The position numbers and the translations under genes are program-made. DNA of 64,000 nt, from assembly GCA_036172245.1 (NCBI GenBank), contig JAYWIR010000026.1:1922001-1986000 (forward strand). Reading direction: 5' to 3'. The notes under the pieces are model-generated. The model did not search any database and was not told the DNA's origin. It saw only the letters and a program-made list of their open reading frames with translations. Positions 25,860 through 38,000 of the stretch are shown piece after piece; within the stretch, counting starts at the first letter, position 1; the number at the start of each line of letters is the position of its first letter. This DNA comes from Raillietiella orientalis (Eukaryota).

Positions 25860-27570
25860 GGTTGCCGGTGTGCCGGCCGGCTGGTCCAGAAGTGGAGACT
25901 CCGCTGATCCCGCGCGGATACGCAGGGTACGATGCTGCCTCCCTCCCCTCCTCTCTCTCAAGGAGCGCAGCCCTGTGGCCAGAGGCGTGGCGGACGCTCG
26001 TCCCCGTCCCAGGCTCAGACCCATTCCGCATCGTCGAATCAACGCGAGGAGACGTGCATCCCCTGGGCGCACCAAATGCCGCCCAGACACCGAGCGCTCC
26101 CTGCCGCTCGGTTTTTGAGGTTTGTGGAATCGCGGGAGATCCAGCGGTGGCCCCAAGATGGGAGGTCATCAGTGTCGTAAGGGAAAAGCCGAAAGGATTT
26201 CTCTCCTCCACGCCCTGGGGTTCGGCTGCCTAGCAGCCAACAAGATGCCCTGAGATGGAGGAGGGGCGAAAGAAGTTGCCGACACTTTGCCCTCCAGCCT
26301 CCTCCCCATCGACTGATTGACTGGCCGGCAGGGCCCCATCCTGAACTGCAAATTGTAGGTCAAGTCCGCAACGACCCAAGGCCGTCTCTGCATTTCGGCG
26401 AAGGGCTCCGGTCATTCAGCCTTTCAGCCAGACCTCTCCGAGAGCCACGGGAGGTCTTTCCTTAGCAGGTCCTCGACCCTCGCTTCTCACAGTTGGCACC
26501 GAAGAAAAAAACCAGGGAAGGAGGGAGGGGCGACACGTCGGTGACAACAAGTTGCGTAGAAACCGCATCGCACACGGTATGTGGTGACGTGTCCTCGGAT
26601 CCCTATGCGTCCCGGCAGTGGCTCTCGATGCCCTCTGCGCCCTCCTCCTTTACACGAGCCCCGGTGGCGCATCCGACGACCCCTCGCACGGATCCTCGGA
26701 GGCAGAACCCATCCTCTTCCCCAGCTTCTCATCCCCGGCGTTTCCCCATTGGGGGGCTCCCTGTCCCACCCAAAGGCTTCCTCGCCTCCCTGCACCAGTC
26801 TTCGTTCTTCCTCAGCATCCCCCATCCTGGCCGCGCAGAAGTTTCCGGTCGGTTGTCGGGACCTGCGCAGCCCTTGCCATTTTTCTCGAGGGGACTCGGC
26901 CACGTCAATCTCCGCAGCCTTCCGTCTCTTCCCCTAGGCACCCAGGGAACGGGAGATTCGAACGTAGAGGGAGCGATGAGCGACGGGACGGGAGAGGCCT
27001 CTCTTCCGGAAGAGGATTTGCCTTACGGGAGAAGGATGGGGCAACACAGATCGGAAGCAAGGGAGATACGGGATCCGAAGGGCTGCGAATGGGAGACCTA
27101 GAAACCTCTTGCCCCTTTTCCTGGAGCTTCGGGCGGGGGGAAGGAGAGAGAAGGGAGACTCCACAGCTTGGAGAAGGCCATCTCTTGGCAATAACGGCGG
27201 TATCCATCCGCGGATGAAGGGCCGTGCAGCACGGATGCAGCCATGTCTCGAGACCCCCTCCAGGGAGACCCTTCCAGACTGAGCGTATCAGTTTCTCCCC
27301 GTGCCTTCCGGGAGATTCCGGCCCGAAGGCGAAACCTCCGCGGCCCTTCGGCCGAGAAGGCTAGGCGGCAGCATCTGGGCGGGACCGGGAGCCAACACCA
27401 GCCTCTCTCTCCCCGAGTCCACCGCTCGAGGCGAAGGAAGGCGGGAGAGTCCTGGACAGAGGGCTCTCTCAGTGGTTTCCTCCGCCTGTAAGGCCCATCT
27501 GCCGTGGAGGTTGCCCAATCTACCGGTCCGCCCCCCTCCGAGTACGCCTTCTTTTGTCGCCAGACCCTAA
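25860..27570 (+). mobile_element. Decayed, internally deleted LINE ORF2
   Basis: LWPEAWRTLVP (LxDxWR); REKPKGF ~26180 (EKPTxFF); SQLAPKKK ~26487 (LIPKK); ALLLYTSPGGASDDPSH ~26640 (LDxxKAFDRVxH); EVSGRLSGP ~26838 (VNGxLS); SIWAG ~27370 (FxWxG). Confidence 0.45.
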
Positions 27571-29399
27571 GGGGGCGCCCTTAACCGGAGCTTTCTGGTC
27601 GAGGGAGGGAAGCGCCTTCGCAGGTTCCTCTAGGAGTGCCCGCGGTACCCCGTCCCCTGGGAGGGGGGATTCGCACACCCTCGAAAGGCGAGCAGAGAAG
27701 GCAAGGCACCCCAAAAGGTTTGGCTTTCAGACCAAGCGCAGATCTCTCTGCGCAGATCTGTCAATGCGGAGAGGCGCAGGGTCGACCCCGTGGGTCGCAA
27801 GTCGGGAGCCCCGGTGACGCGTGCCTCCCACGCTTTCCTCCTAGGAGGGATGAGGGAATCGGGAAAATTCCCGTTCCAGAGTCTGGCCACCCTCTTTCAG
27901 CCGGAGGGGTCAGCTGACACTTCAAAAAGGAGGACGCCGACCCATCCTCTCGACTAGTACTGGAGTATTCTGGGGAGCGTGTCCTACGGGAGAATTCGCG
28001 GCCAGAATCCCACGGCGATCCACCTGGTCGGTCCTGGACGCCTGGCCCCGAGGCCCGCGAAGGTCGCCCGGGTGCTGCGGGAGGCAGCCGGACCACGCAA
28101 GAACGACCGAGGTGATCTGAATGGTGGGCGCAACAGAGAAAAGGTCCTCCCCTTTTTTTGTGGACCGTCCCTACAGCTCGAGCGGTGCTCCGCCCCCGCA
28201 ACCCTAGGGACAAGCCAGCTCGCGGACTTGGCGGCCATTTTGCTTTTTCCCGAAACGCTCGCGGCAGCTGAGAGCCATCTCAGCCACTTCACCTGTCCCA
28301 TCCCCTTCCCGAGAGCCCTCAGGGTGGGGCTGGTGCTCTTGTCACCCCGCTTCCCCATTCCTCGCCTTTCCCGACTCTGCTTTTTCTTTTCGGCGCGACT
28401 CCCTCGGCCGCTGCCCGCTCTTCCAGGGCGACGTCCTCCTTCGCTCCACCGTCGCGCTCGCGTCTTCTACCGACATGCCACACGCCAGCAGCTCCCTCCC
28501 GGACCTGCGAAGATGGCAATTTCTGCAGGGAGAGAGGAGGGCGGCGCGATCCATCGGCTTCCTTGGGCACCCCAGGCGTTCTTCTTTCGTCCAGACGCTG
28601 CCGACCCCGAGGGACCCGCTGCAGCAGCGCTGCCTTTGGGCGAGACTCGTCAAACTCGCGCATGAGGGCGCCTCGTAGGGAGGGGCAGCGGGGAGAGGGG
28701 GCAGATGGTCACGGGCGCGCCGAATGCCCGCTGAAGCAGCTGCGTCACCAACGTCCCAGGGCACCCCTCACTCCCTTGATCACTCGCCGAAGGCAAGCAG
28801 CTTCCTGCACTCGCCTTTAACTGATACCGTTTAGCTGATTCCCGTCCACCTTGGCTCCCGGGAACGCCGCGTACCGGGAGAGGCATGCTGTCCGCACCCA
28901 AGCGCCAGTGTGGAGGTTTGGGGGAGGCGGCGGTTGCGCTCCCAGAGGGCGAACAGGCAGCTTACTCCTGAGGACGCTCCTAGAGGGACTTTCCGGGAGA
29001 GCGCTCGCAAGGCCGGTGTTCTCACTCCTGTATGCCCCCTCCCCCTCACACACACACAGGATGGAGGGAGATTCGATCGGAAAAAAGAAGCTAGCGGCCG
29101 AGGGTTCCTCCCCCCCCTCCCAAGGTCACTGTCCGTATTCCTCAAAGCCAGCTCGCGTGCTGCCTGGAGCGTTTCCCTGGGGAAGAGCGGGGGAGGAGGG
29201 AGGGTAGGAGTTTCTGTCCGATGCTGCCATGTCCACATTAGCGAGACGGCCCCCTCTACCCCTCCAAGCGGGACCGGACGCCCCACTGGGCTCCGATAGA
29301 GAGCAGAGCGGGAATCGAGAGAGAACGGGGATCTCAACTTAAGATCTCTTGAGGGACTCCCTGCCGGCTCTTTCAGGAACGCGCTGCTGTCCGTCATCC

Positions 29400-32110
29400 T
29401 CTGGGTCTAGCGGCTGCACGGAACAGGATCGGCGGTGGTCGTCGGGACACTCCACGGAGGTCGCGGCGGCCATCACCACGAGGGGAGAGAGCGCCGGGAT
29501 CCAGGAGGGCGCGTTGCGGTGCCTCCTGGCTCCTGGAGGAGACCCCGCGGACCACTCCTGCAGCTCGCTTCCTCCTGGCATTGCCCCGTGGCACATGCGC
29601 TGCCACGGGGCAATGCGCCCCCGGCTCCCTCCCGCGTTTCGGCATTCCAAAGGTATCCTCAGCGAAAGGTTGCCTGAGAGGCCAAGTCCTCACCTCACCC
29701 TCTTTCGGGAAGCAGGCAGGGCCCTCACAAGGAAAGGCGGGGCTGGAGGGGGGAAGGGGAGGCTGCTTTCAGGGTCACCGGCCCGAACCTCGGGGCTGGG
29801 AGATCTTCCTCCCAAGTCGCACTACTTGATGCCAGCTGGGCTGGGCCCTGCAGGAGGTCCCGATGGGCTGGCCCCCAGAGAGGTGCGCTCTCCTCGAAAG
29901 GTAGGAGGGGGACCCACCATCTCGGCCGCAAGAGAAAGGGGGAGCTTCCCTTTCGTCCACGTAGCAGACCCTCCGCCTCTCATTCCGAGAGGGAGGTCAC
30001 CCTTCTGACTCACCCCAGCCCCGACCCCCGCAACAGCCATCGATCTGCCATAGAGCCCAAGACTTCCCAGGCAGGGGACCGAAACGGCTCCTCCCCTCCT
30101 CCGAGTCCTGGGGCAGCTTTTCGTCTTCCACCTGGCGGGCGGCGCGCGCTCTTCCGCCCAGAGGCGGTGGCTCATGTGTCATGCTCAGGTAATCACCGTG
30201 AATGCACCAGCTTGCCGGGAGAACAGGGGCGGTCCCGGGGGCCACCGCCTCCCCTCATTCCCGCGGATTTCTGAGCGGGAGGAGGAAGAAGGCCCGCGGG
30301 AGAAAGGACCCGGGACTGCCGTCCAGGTGGCATCCTCCCTCCTGCCACTGCGAGAGGAAGTTGCGTCTCCGTCTCCGTCTCCGTCGTTCCGTCCTTCCCG
30401 TTCCTGCCCCTTCGCGGTCCCCACATATTTGTTCTTGTTGTCCTTTTCCCGTTCCCCGCGATTTCCCTTCGCGGGAACCGTCGGCCAATCAGCTTCGAGG
30501 GGGCTGACGTGGCGAGTCGATCTGCGCGTTCGTCGTCGCTCGAGGGAGGGGAGGAAGACCGGGGTGGCGGGGAGGAAGGGGGAGGAACGCAAAGGAAGAC
30601 GGGAGCGTTCCTTCCCCCACCCTCCACACTCGCTCGCAAGCCCCCGGAGAACTCCTGGACGGATAACGCGGCGATGCGGATCCCCCGTTCCCACCGGTTT
30701 CCGAGCAACGGCAGATGCTCGCGAGGGGATCCGGACCGAGGGACGGCTGTGGCAAGTTCCCTGTCCCTGCGGAGACGCCACCGACGGTGTCCGCCTGCCT
30801 CGTCGAAGATCCCTGACGCCGCCCATCCGTCAAACCGTGGCATCCGAAATGACAGCGCCAACTCGCACGTCTGCGGGGCGCCGCCTCCTCACCGCGGAGC
30901 AAATCGCTCCCCTACCTTTCCTGCCCCACGCACGATTGATCCCGAAACTGATCGGCACCTCCAGGGACGCGCGGCGGACGCGTCCTGGGATCCGCTCCCG
31001 GCGAGGTCGGCGCACCCCGAGCTGCAGAGAGAGAGGAGTCCCTGCTACCGCAGAAGAGGTGGGCGGAACGCGGGCGTGCTCTAAGCTCTCTGGAAGCGCG
31101 ATTCCTGCTTTTCCCCTCCTCCCCAGGAGGAAGGTCCCCGAAGTTCCCACCCGATCCTCCGTCTGTCGCGCTGACGTCACTGCCTTTTTCTTGCTCCGGG
31201 GTCCTTCGCTCTGCAGCTTCCTCGGCCGCTCGCACTCCCCGTGGGAAACTTCGAGGAAAAGCGGCAAAGGAGAGCTTTCTTCCCATCTGGGTCCTTGGGG
31301 GGGGGGGGGGGGGAGGATAGGAAACGACGGCGGGATCCCTTGCGAAAGTACCACTTTCTCATCGCAGCAGCCGCACCCCTCAGTCTCTAAGCTACCGCCT
31401 GCTTTCCTTTTCATCCGGACTTGGGGAAGTAGGAGGAGAAAGATGGGCCCGGTGGATGCCTTGGATGCTCGCATGCGAGCGATGCCCTCTTCCGCCCTCA
31501 CCCCCTCGGCTCCCCCTCTCCGGCGAGGCCCGGAGTGCGCTCTCAGCGATGATGGGGACGCCACGCGGCGGAGGCAGGAAGCAGCGACGCTACTCGGCGC
31601 GACAGAGGCGAGGCGCGACAGCCGGGAAAGGCTGCTTACTATTGCTGCCACCGCCGCTGCCATGGAAACCGGAGCCCACACGCCCCCTCGCTCCCTCTTC
31701 CGCTCCCGGATTTCCTGAGCCCTTCGTCGAAGGGCAAAGGAAGGGGGGAGGACAGAGGGAAACAGCCGTGAACAGCGTGCGGGCCGTTCGCAGCTTCCCG
31801 GCGGAGGAAGGCGCGGAGGGAGACGCCTTGCTTTTCCCCTCCCCGTTCAGATGGGTGCCAGCGAGTACGGACGCTGGGCAACCCGGAGGGCCTCTCGGAG
31901 CTCCGTTCGGACCACCCCCTCTCTGAGACTCCAAGACCAGCAACAGGCGGATCCCTGGGAGCAAGCGGGACGTCTCCTGCTCCCCTCCTCTCATCTTCCT
32001 TGTCTGCATTGGGGTGCGGAAGCGGACGCTGCCAGTGGTGGTGGAAGGATCTTGGCTCCACCCGCGGATCTTTCCGACGGTAGTCGTGCGCAACGGAGGA
32101 TCGGGGAGAA
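29400..32110 (+). mobile_element. Decayed LINE RT-to-3' end relic (interrupted) ending at a U2 fragment
   Basis: TEVAAAI...AGIQEG ~29455; MRPRLPPAFRHSKGILSERL ~29613 (RPISL...KILAxRL); PGIRS ~30985; VCRADVTAFF 31161-31190 (YADDVTxF); FIRTWG ~31410; possible remnant knuckle ~31790-31860. Confidence 0.45.
29578..29616. repeat. Perfect inverted repeat, 16-bp arms, 7-nt loop
   Basis: gcattgccccgtggca-catgcgc-tgccacggggcaatgc. Confidence 0.97.
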
Positions 32111-32146
32111 TACACTTTGACCTTAGCCAAAAGGCCGAGAAGCGAT
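32111..32146 (-). pseudogene. U2: U2 snRNA 5' fragment (nt 1-36), truncated
   Basis: Reverse complement is atcgcttctcggccttttggctaaggtcaaagtgta. It starts exactly at U2 +1 and has one A>G change relative to the 20907 copy. Confidence 0.95.
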
Positions 32147-34199
32147 GGGAGGAGAGGGTGGGGGGATGAGGGAGAGAGGGGAGGAGAGAGACCGCAGGTG
32201 GCGCTGCCAGCAGCGCGACCGAGTGACTCCTTTGCACTTGGCCACCATTAAGTTGCTCCACGCAGGGAACCTCATTGGTGCGCATCCCTTCCCCCTCGCT
32301 TTGGCCCGCCGTTCTCCCCTCGCTCTCCAACGAAACTGCCGGCGCTGGTTTTTCCGAGGTGGGCCGCGCCCATCAGGTGGCGGCGACCTACATCGCTCGG
32401 CGAGGCAGGCAGGGAGCTGCAACTCCCTTCCGACTCTGCTCCCTGCTCCCTGAAGTCACTCGAGCCCGCGGCCGTTGCCTGAAAACAGGACGAAGGGGGA
32501 GAGCAGCCTGCCGGAGTCCGGGGCATCGGAAAGAAACGCCGGACGCCGCAGGTCCAGCGATGGGAAGATGCTGCGCGCGCGGCTCCGCGCGGATCGAAGT
32601 GCGAGATACCCGGTCTTTCCCCCTCCTCTTTCAAACGGCAGACTTTCATCCTGAACCACCTCCCCCCCCCCCCCAGTTCCCTCAGGATGGGGAAGAGGAA
32701 GGGGAGGAAGCTGGATGCCGGGGAGGGTCGCGCGACATCCTTGGACCACACCGCTGCGGCGACGGTGCGGTGATGTGGAGTCCAGCAGGACGGCGGCGTC
32801 CGCCCCCTCCCTCCTTTTCCCGTCGCCGCTGCTCGGGAACGGGAGCGGACGTCGCCGCACTCCTCTCCGAGAAGGGGAATTTTATTAATGGCGGGATCCT
32901 CGGCTCCGCACGCTGCAATTAACGTGATCTCCTGCGAGAAGATGATGGAGTGGCGCCTGGCCGCGTGGAGGGAGCTTCCACTCCTCGCCCCGCCTCTCTT
33001 CCTCTCCTCCTCCCCTTCCCCATTTGCCTCCCTGCTTTCCCCTCTCATCAGCTCCCTTTCCCCCCTCCTTCCCCCCCCCCCCTCATTTCGTTCGATTCGC
33101 TCCCCGCCTTTCCCGTCGCGGAACTCATCCCGGTCGAGAGTGAATTCCGGGACGGCCGGCTGAGGGAAGCTCGTTGAAGGACCCTCAGGCGAGGACCGGA
33201 CGGGGTGCGATCAGAGGGGAGCGGCGGCAACGTCGCACCTGCGGGAGCGACACCTTCCCGGTAGCCGCGCACCGGCCGACGGAAGCCGAAAAAGCGGCGA
33301 CGGCGGAGCGCCACGCGTCGCCTCCGCAGGAAGCTCAAGCGCGCCGGATGGAGAATTGCCTGCACCCCCGCCCCCTGGCCGGTGGGAAGAAGGAACTGGA
33401 GGGGCTTCACGCTCCCCAGGAGCCCTCCTTCCCTCTCCCTCTGTCGGTCGGCAGTCGCTCCCACGTCCCGGGGAGAGTGACACCGCCGTCGTCGCGACGT
33501 GCACGCCACGCGGCGACGGACTCGCGAACCTTGCCGCGCCCGCTTGCAGGGATCCGTCGCCTGCGAGGGCGAGGGAACTTCCGCTCGACTTCCCCTCCGG
33601 GCAGCAAAGCCGAGGGTATGGGAAGCCTCCGAGGTGCGCGCCCTGCCGGGGCCGCGCCGAATTCGACGCCCAGCAGAGCGGCCGTGGTGGAGGGGGCATT
33701 GACTTCCGTCCGAAACCCGGACGATGCCCGTCCTTCTCTCTCCCTTTTCCCTTTCGTCGTGGCCGCCCATCATTCCTCCCGCTCGACCCCCGGGAATAAA
33801 GACCTCTGCTCGGGCGGCGCACACGCCCCGTTTTGCCTCCGGAGGGGTCAACGTTCAGGAATGGGGAAGGGGGGCGGAGGAGGCGCCGCCCCACTTCCCA
33901 TCGCTCCCTGGGCGCAGCAGAGGCAGCCTTTCCGAGCAGGCAAGGAGGAGAACGGATGTCCCTCCTCGTCGTTCTGCTTCCCTCGAGCGCTTCCCTGAGG
34001 CGCGCCGCCTCCGGCGACCCCTGACGGAACACCCAGGCAGCGCAACGGCAGCGGCGGCGTGCGCGCGGGTGTTGGCTCCCCGCCTAACTCGCCCCTCAGC
34101 CCGGTTCCCCGCCCCGTGGAGCCTCCGCGTGGAAGGACGGACCGCCTGCCGTCCGGCTGAGGCTGACCGATGCGGCTGCTCTTGGACTGCCCCCGGCAC

Positions 34200-34680
34200 C
34201 AGCGGTATCGGCAGCAGTGCACCTCACGGGAGAGGTTGGAGGTTCGCAACCTCCCGTCCACGCGTTGGGAGGCGGAGACAGACGCGCGCTGCCCTCCCAG
34301 GGTCGCGGGGACACCCGAGATGACGGGATGTGCGTTCTGTTCGGGTGCCCGAAGCTTGACCTCGAAAAAGGAAGAGTCAGGACGCCCCCCCGCTGCCGCG
34401 CGCTCTTCGGCGGCGGGAGACGTCCAAAAGTCTGGGGGGAGGAGCATCAGTCACGGGTGTCCTCCGGGAACGGAGCCGGGAGCCATCCTCCCTCCTTTGC
34501 TCCAGGAGCGGGAGGCTGCGCCAGACCTCTGGTCCCAAAGAGCGCGTTCCCTGAAGCCGCGCCCCAGCCCCCGGATCGGTGGGAATCGCGTGAACCCCTC
34601 CTCCTTCTGCAACGGCCGCTTTTCATGCATTCCCGGAGGATAATGAGGTCGAGGAACGGACGCTTCCAACACAAACAAAG
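34200..34680 (+). mobile_element. Decayed LINE 3' end (zinc knuckle and 3' UTR)
   Basis: GWRFATSRPRVG ~34235; GCAFCSG ~34325; LWSQR ~34527; UTR motif gtgaacccctcctccttctgca 34590-34611. Confidence 0.45.
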
Positions 34681-35937
34681 GGCTGAATACACAGGGAAGG
34701 GGAAGGGAGGAGTCTGGGCAAGAGGGAGGAGTCGACTCCCGTGCTCCGGGCGAAGAGATCAGCGAAGGGGCGATCCCGAGTGGACGCGACCGGGCAGAGG
34801 CCGGGTTCCCGCTGCATCCTGCTAGGCGATGGACCAGGAGAGGAAAACCTGCCCGCCCACTTCTTCTTCACCGTCCAGAGGTGGGCGCTGAGGCCCGACC
34901 CTCTCCTTGTCCCTGCTCTACGAGAAAGTGCGGGTGGCCCTCCCCTCTCCCCTCCCACGCGAGGATCGCAGTCGACCGTAAAAATCCCGACTCGGGTCTG
35001 GCCTCAGGGCAAGAGGAGAGCGCGAGGAGGCGCACGGCTGTCGGATCGGAGAACGCCTCCAGGGTGCGCGACGCTCCACAAAGGATTCGGGGGAAGGGGG
35101 GAGGAGAAGCCGGAAGCTGGGAGGGAGGAGGGAGGGAGCGAGCTCTCCTCTCCCGGATGGGACCTCCGCAGCAGGAAGGGACGGAGCGTCGCTCTCCCAC
35201 GAACATGAATTGGAAGATCGGCGCGGGCGCTTCCTCTTCGCCGACTGGGGTCGCGTCCACCCCGCTCCGGCAAGCGGACTGAGCGGAGGCAGGAGACGCC
35301 GCCCGGTTGCCATGAGAACGGCTGGCTTCTCGCCTGCGGAGCGGCGGATACCCTCGCGCCGCGCCTGCGGGCGGGATGCGCGCGTCGTGGAGCGAAAATC
35401 GATGCCTCCCTTCGAAGCGGCCGCGGGCGACAGATGGCGATGGCGCGCCGACGACCCGGCGCGGTCCGCCAGCCTCCCGCTCGGTCTTTGTCGTGGTCCT
35501 CCGCCAGCCGGCGGAGCGGCGGGCAGCCCGGAGAGCAAGCTCGACCGCCACTGAGGGGGAGACTTCTGCGGGAAACCCGGGGAGATGCAGTCCCCTCCCG
35601 ACTGCTCCTCACCCCCGATCGATCCCCGCCCACCCCTTTTTTCTTACGCCAGGGAGTACGCAGCGGAAGGAGTCGCCGGAGCGTGGGTGTTCCCGGCAGC
35701 AAAGCGAAACGCGCAGCAGTCGCGCACCTGCGCCACTGGCACACACGCGCAGGTGGCTACTGCCAGGGCCGCAGGCGCTCCGTCGAACGGGAGGTTCCCC
35801 CGACCCCGCAGCCGCCGCGGCCGCGGTCGGGCGCACCGTCGCGTCCGAACGGCGGGAACGCGGGCGATTTCCGCGTTCCCCGCCGGAGGCGCTGTCCGCC
35901 GCCCATTCGCTTTTCAGTTCTTGGCGTAGACCCTTGG

Positions 35938-36056
35938 CGTGTGCACGCGCACTCCGAGAGCACGCAGGTGCACGGTCAACGCGCATGTGTACACGCGAAC
36001 GCGTACGTGCGTGCGCTCGACCGCGCGCGAGTGCACGCGCACGCACATCGAGCACA
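35938..36056. repeat. Alternating purine-pyrimidine (CG/CA/TG) low-complexity tract
   Basis: gtgtgcacgcgcac...gcgcatgtgtacacgcg...gcgtacgtgcgtgcgc...gtgcacgcgcacgcaca. Confidence 0.8.
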
Positions 36057-36999
36057 AGAGAAGCGATCGGCGCGCCCCAAGCGGAGAGGTTGGACGCGCG
36101 AGCAGCTCAGAAGGCCGACGGGCGTATCGCAAAGAGCCGAGCGGAGGCAGCGCGCGTTCCGCCCATCCTCCTGCAAAGGGCGTACCAACAGCCCGGAGCA
36201 ACCAGCTGACCCCCCGCCAGGAAGGGGGGGAGGGAGGAATTGGGCGGTGTTTGTCATCCGACAGAAGGGAGAATTCCCGAAACTCCACGTGCGTGATTTA
36301 CCGGAACGGCTCTGCGGTTCGCGCGCGGCTTCGCTTCGGCGTGACGTCATTGGGCGCCACACTTGGTCGGTCGCGAGCACTGCATTTCCACCCCTCCCTC
36401 CGTGCGGCTTCTCCTTCCCCGGCCCCCCGGGGCGGCGGTTCGCCAGGAAGGGAGGGGGGGGAGGAAGCGCCGGAAAGGGAGTCCCTTCCCCACCCCCCTC
36501 TTCGAAACGGAACGCGCGGGAGGGAGGGGGAAGCATGGGAACGGGACAGCCTCCTCCAGAAAGGGCAGGGGAGTCCGCGGGACTATCAGCTGCCTCACGC
36601 GTGCCCCTCGCACGCGCCGGCGGCGGGAAGCGAAGGGCGCGAGGGGACGGCGAGGGCTGCGCACGCTGAATTTTCTGACAGCGCCGTAGGGGGGAGAGAA
36701 GAGCCGTCGTCGTCCGGGAGACGGCGAAAGTGAGGGAAGGAAACGGCCGGGGACCGACCGGCGCGGACCGTCGGGCGCCTCCGCTTCCTCTCCGCTCACC
36801 CCCCCCCCCTTCCAGAGTGGACCAGGAGATGGGGAGATGACGTCAGCGCCGCCTCGCGGCAAGCGGCGAGGCGTCTCGACCTGTCCGCGCGGCGGACGGG
36901 ACGCGCCCCGAGGAGGCTGCATGGGTGGGTGAGAGGGCACGCCGGAGAGCGGCGCGCGCCAAGGCCTCGCGGCGACGAACCGAGCCGTCCACTGCTCCC

Positions 37000-38000
37000 T
37001 CGGCCCGGAGGGACCCCGCGAGGGCAGACCCGGCTTGCAGCCTTCCTGTCCGTCCGGGGTGGAAGGCACGCGTCAAGCCGCAGCTGGAGCACCCCTCCGA
37101 CATAGGTGACGCCTTCGTCTTGGGCACGCCTTACCCTGGAGGATCTAGAAAGGCCACCACGGCAGCACGCGCTGCGGCTGTGGCATCTGCCGGCGAGTCT
37201 CAAAAGCCAAAGTCTCCTCCGAACGTCGTTCTGCCAGCCGGAAGCACACGCGCCGCCCCGAGGAGGAAGCGCAGCACAAGGCAGGGCTCGTTTCCCGGAC
37301 ACCGGAAGCCGGGAGGAGTCTGGCAACGCAGGCGGTCCGGGTCCCCGAAGGTTCGGCAGGAAGGGGAGAGTCCGCCGTCGGCTCCAAATGGGACGCGAGC
37401 AGAACAAAGGGACCGCGAGACTCCTGACCTCCCCCCACCCCACCCCTTTGCGATCCCAAGGGGCGTCCGGAGGAACGGAAAAATTCTTTCGGGACCAGAG
37501 TGCCTTTCGGGAGTGGGGCGGAGCTGCAGGCGCGGGGGGGAAGGGGAGCGCGAGCGACAAAGCGAAGGGACGGCTGGCGACGGCGGCATCCCAGATCCTG
37601 CGATCCCGGACAAAGACGCCTCTCGATGCGGGATCCTGGACTCGCGTTCCCTTTGGGAAGAGCCAGTGGACCTGCGGAGCGGTCCCAGTTTCTCCTCCTC
37701 TCCTCCACGCCGCGTCTGCTCCCGACCAGTCTCACTGAAGATTTCGCCCTCCTCGGCACTCGGGGGGTCGGGCGTCGCCATGGCAACGATCTCCTCCCGC
37801 TCGGCACCACACCTTTTGTCTCTTCTTGCATCTGATCCCCATGCCCTATCCCGACTTCCTGCGACGTCCCCGCTCGCAGCGATCCTCTTTCCTCGCTCCC
37901 CCTACTGCGTGTGCGGGGCGAGCCCGTTGGGAGATCCAGGAGGCAACGTTTCCCGGCCCTGTGCACCTCCCTGCACTCAGCAGCGTGTCCGCCGCAATGG
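37000..38000 (+). mobile_element. Decayed LINE RT region
   Basis: TLEDLERP...LRTSFCQPEAHAPPRG ~37135-37265; PFAIPRGVRR 37444-37473 (FxxxRGVRQG); TAGDGG ~37570. Confidence 0.5.
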
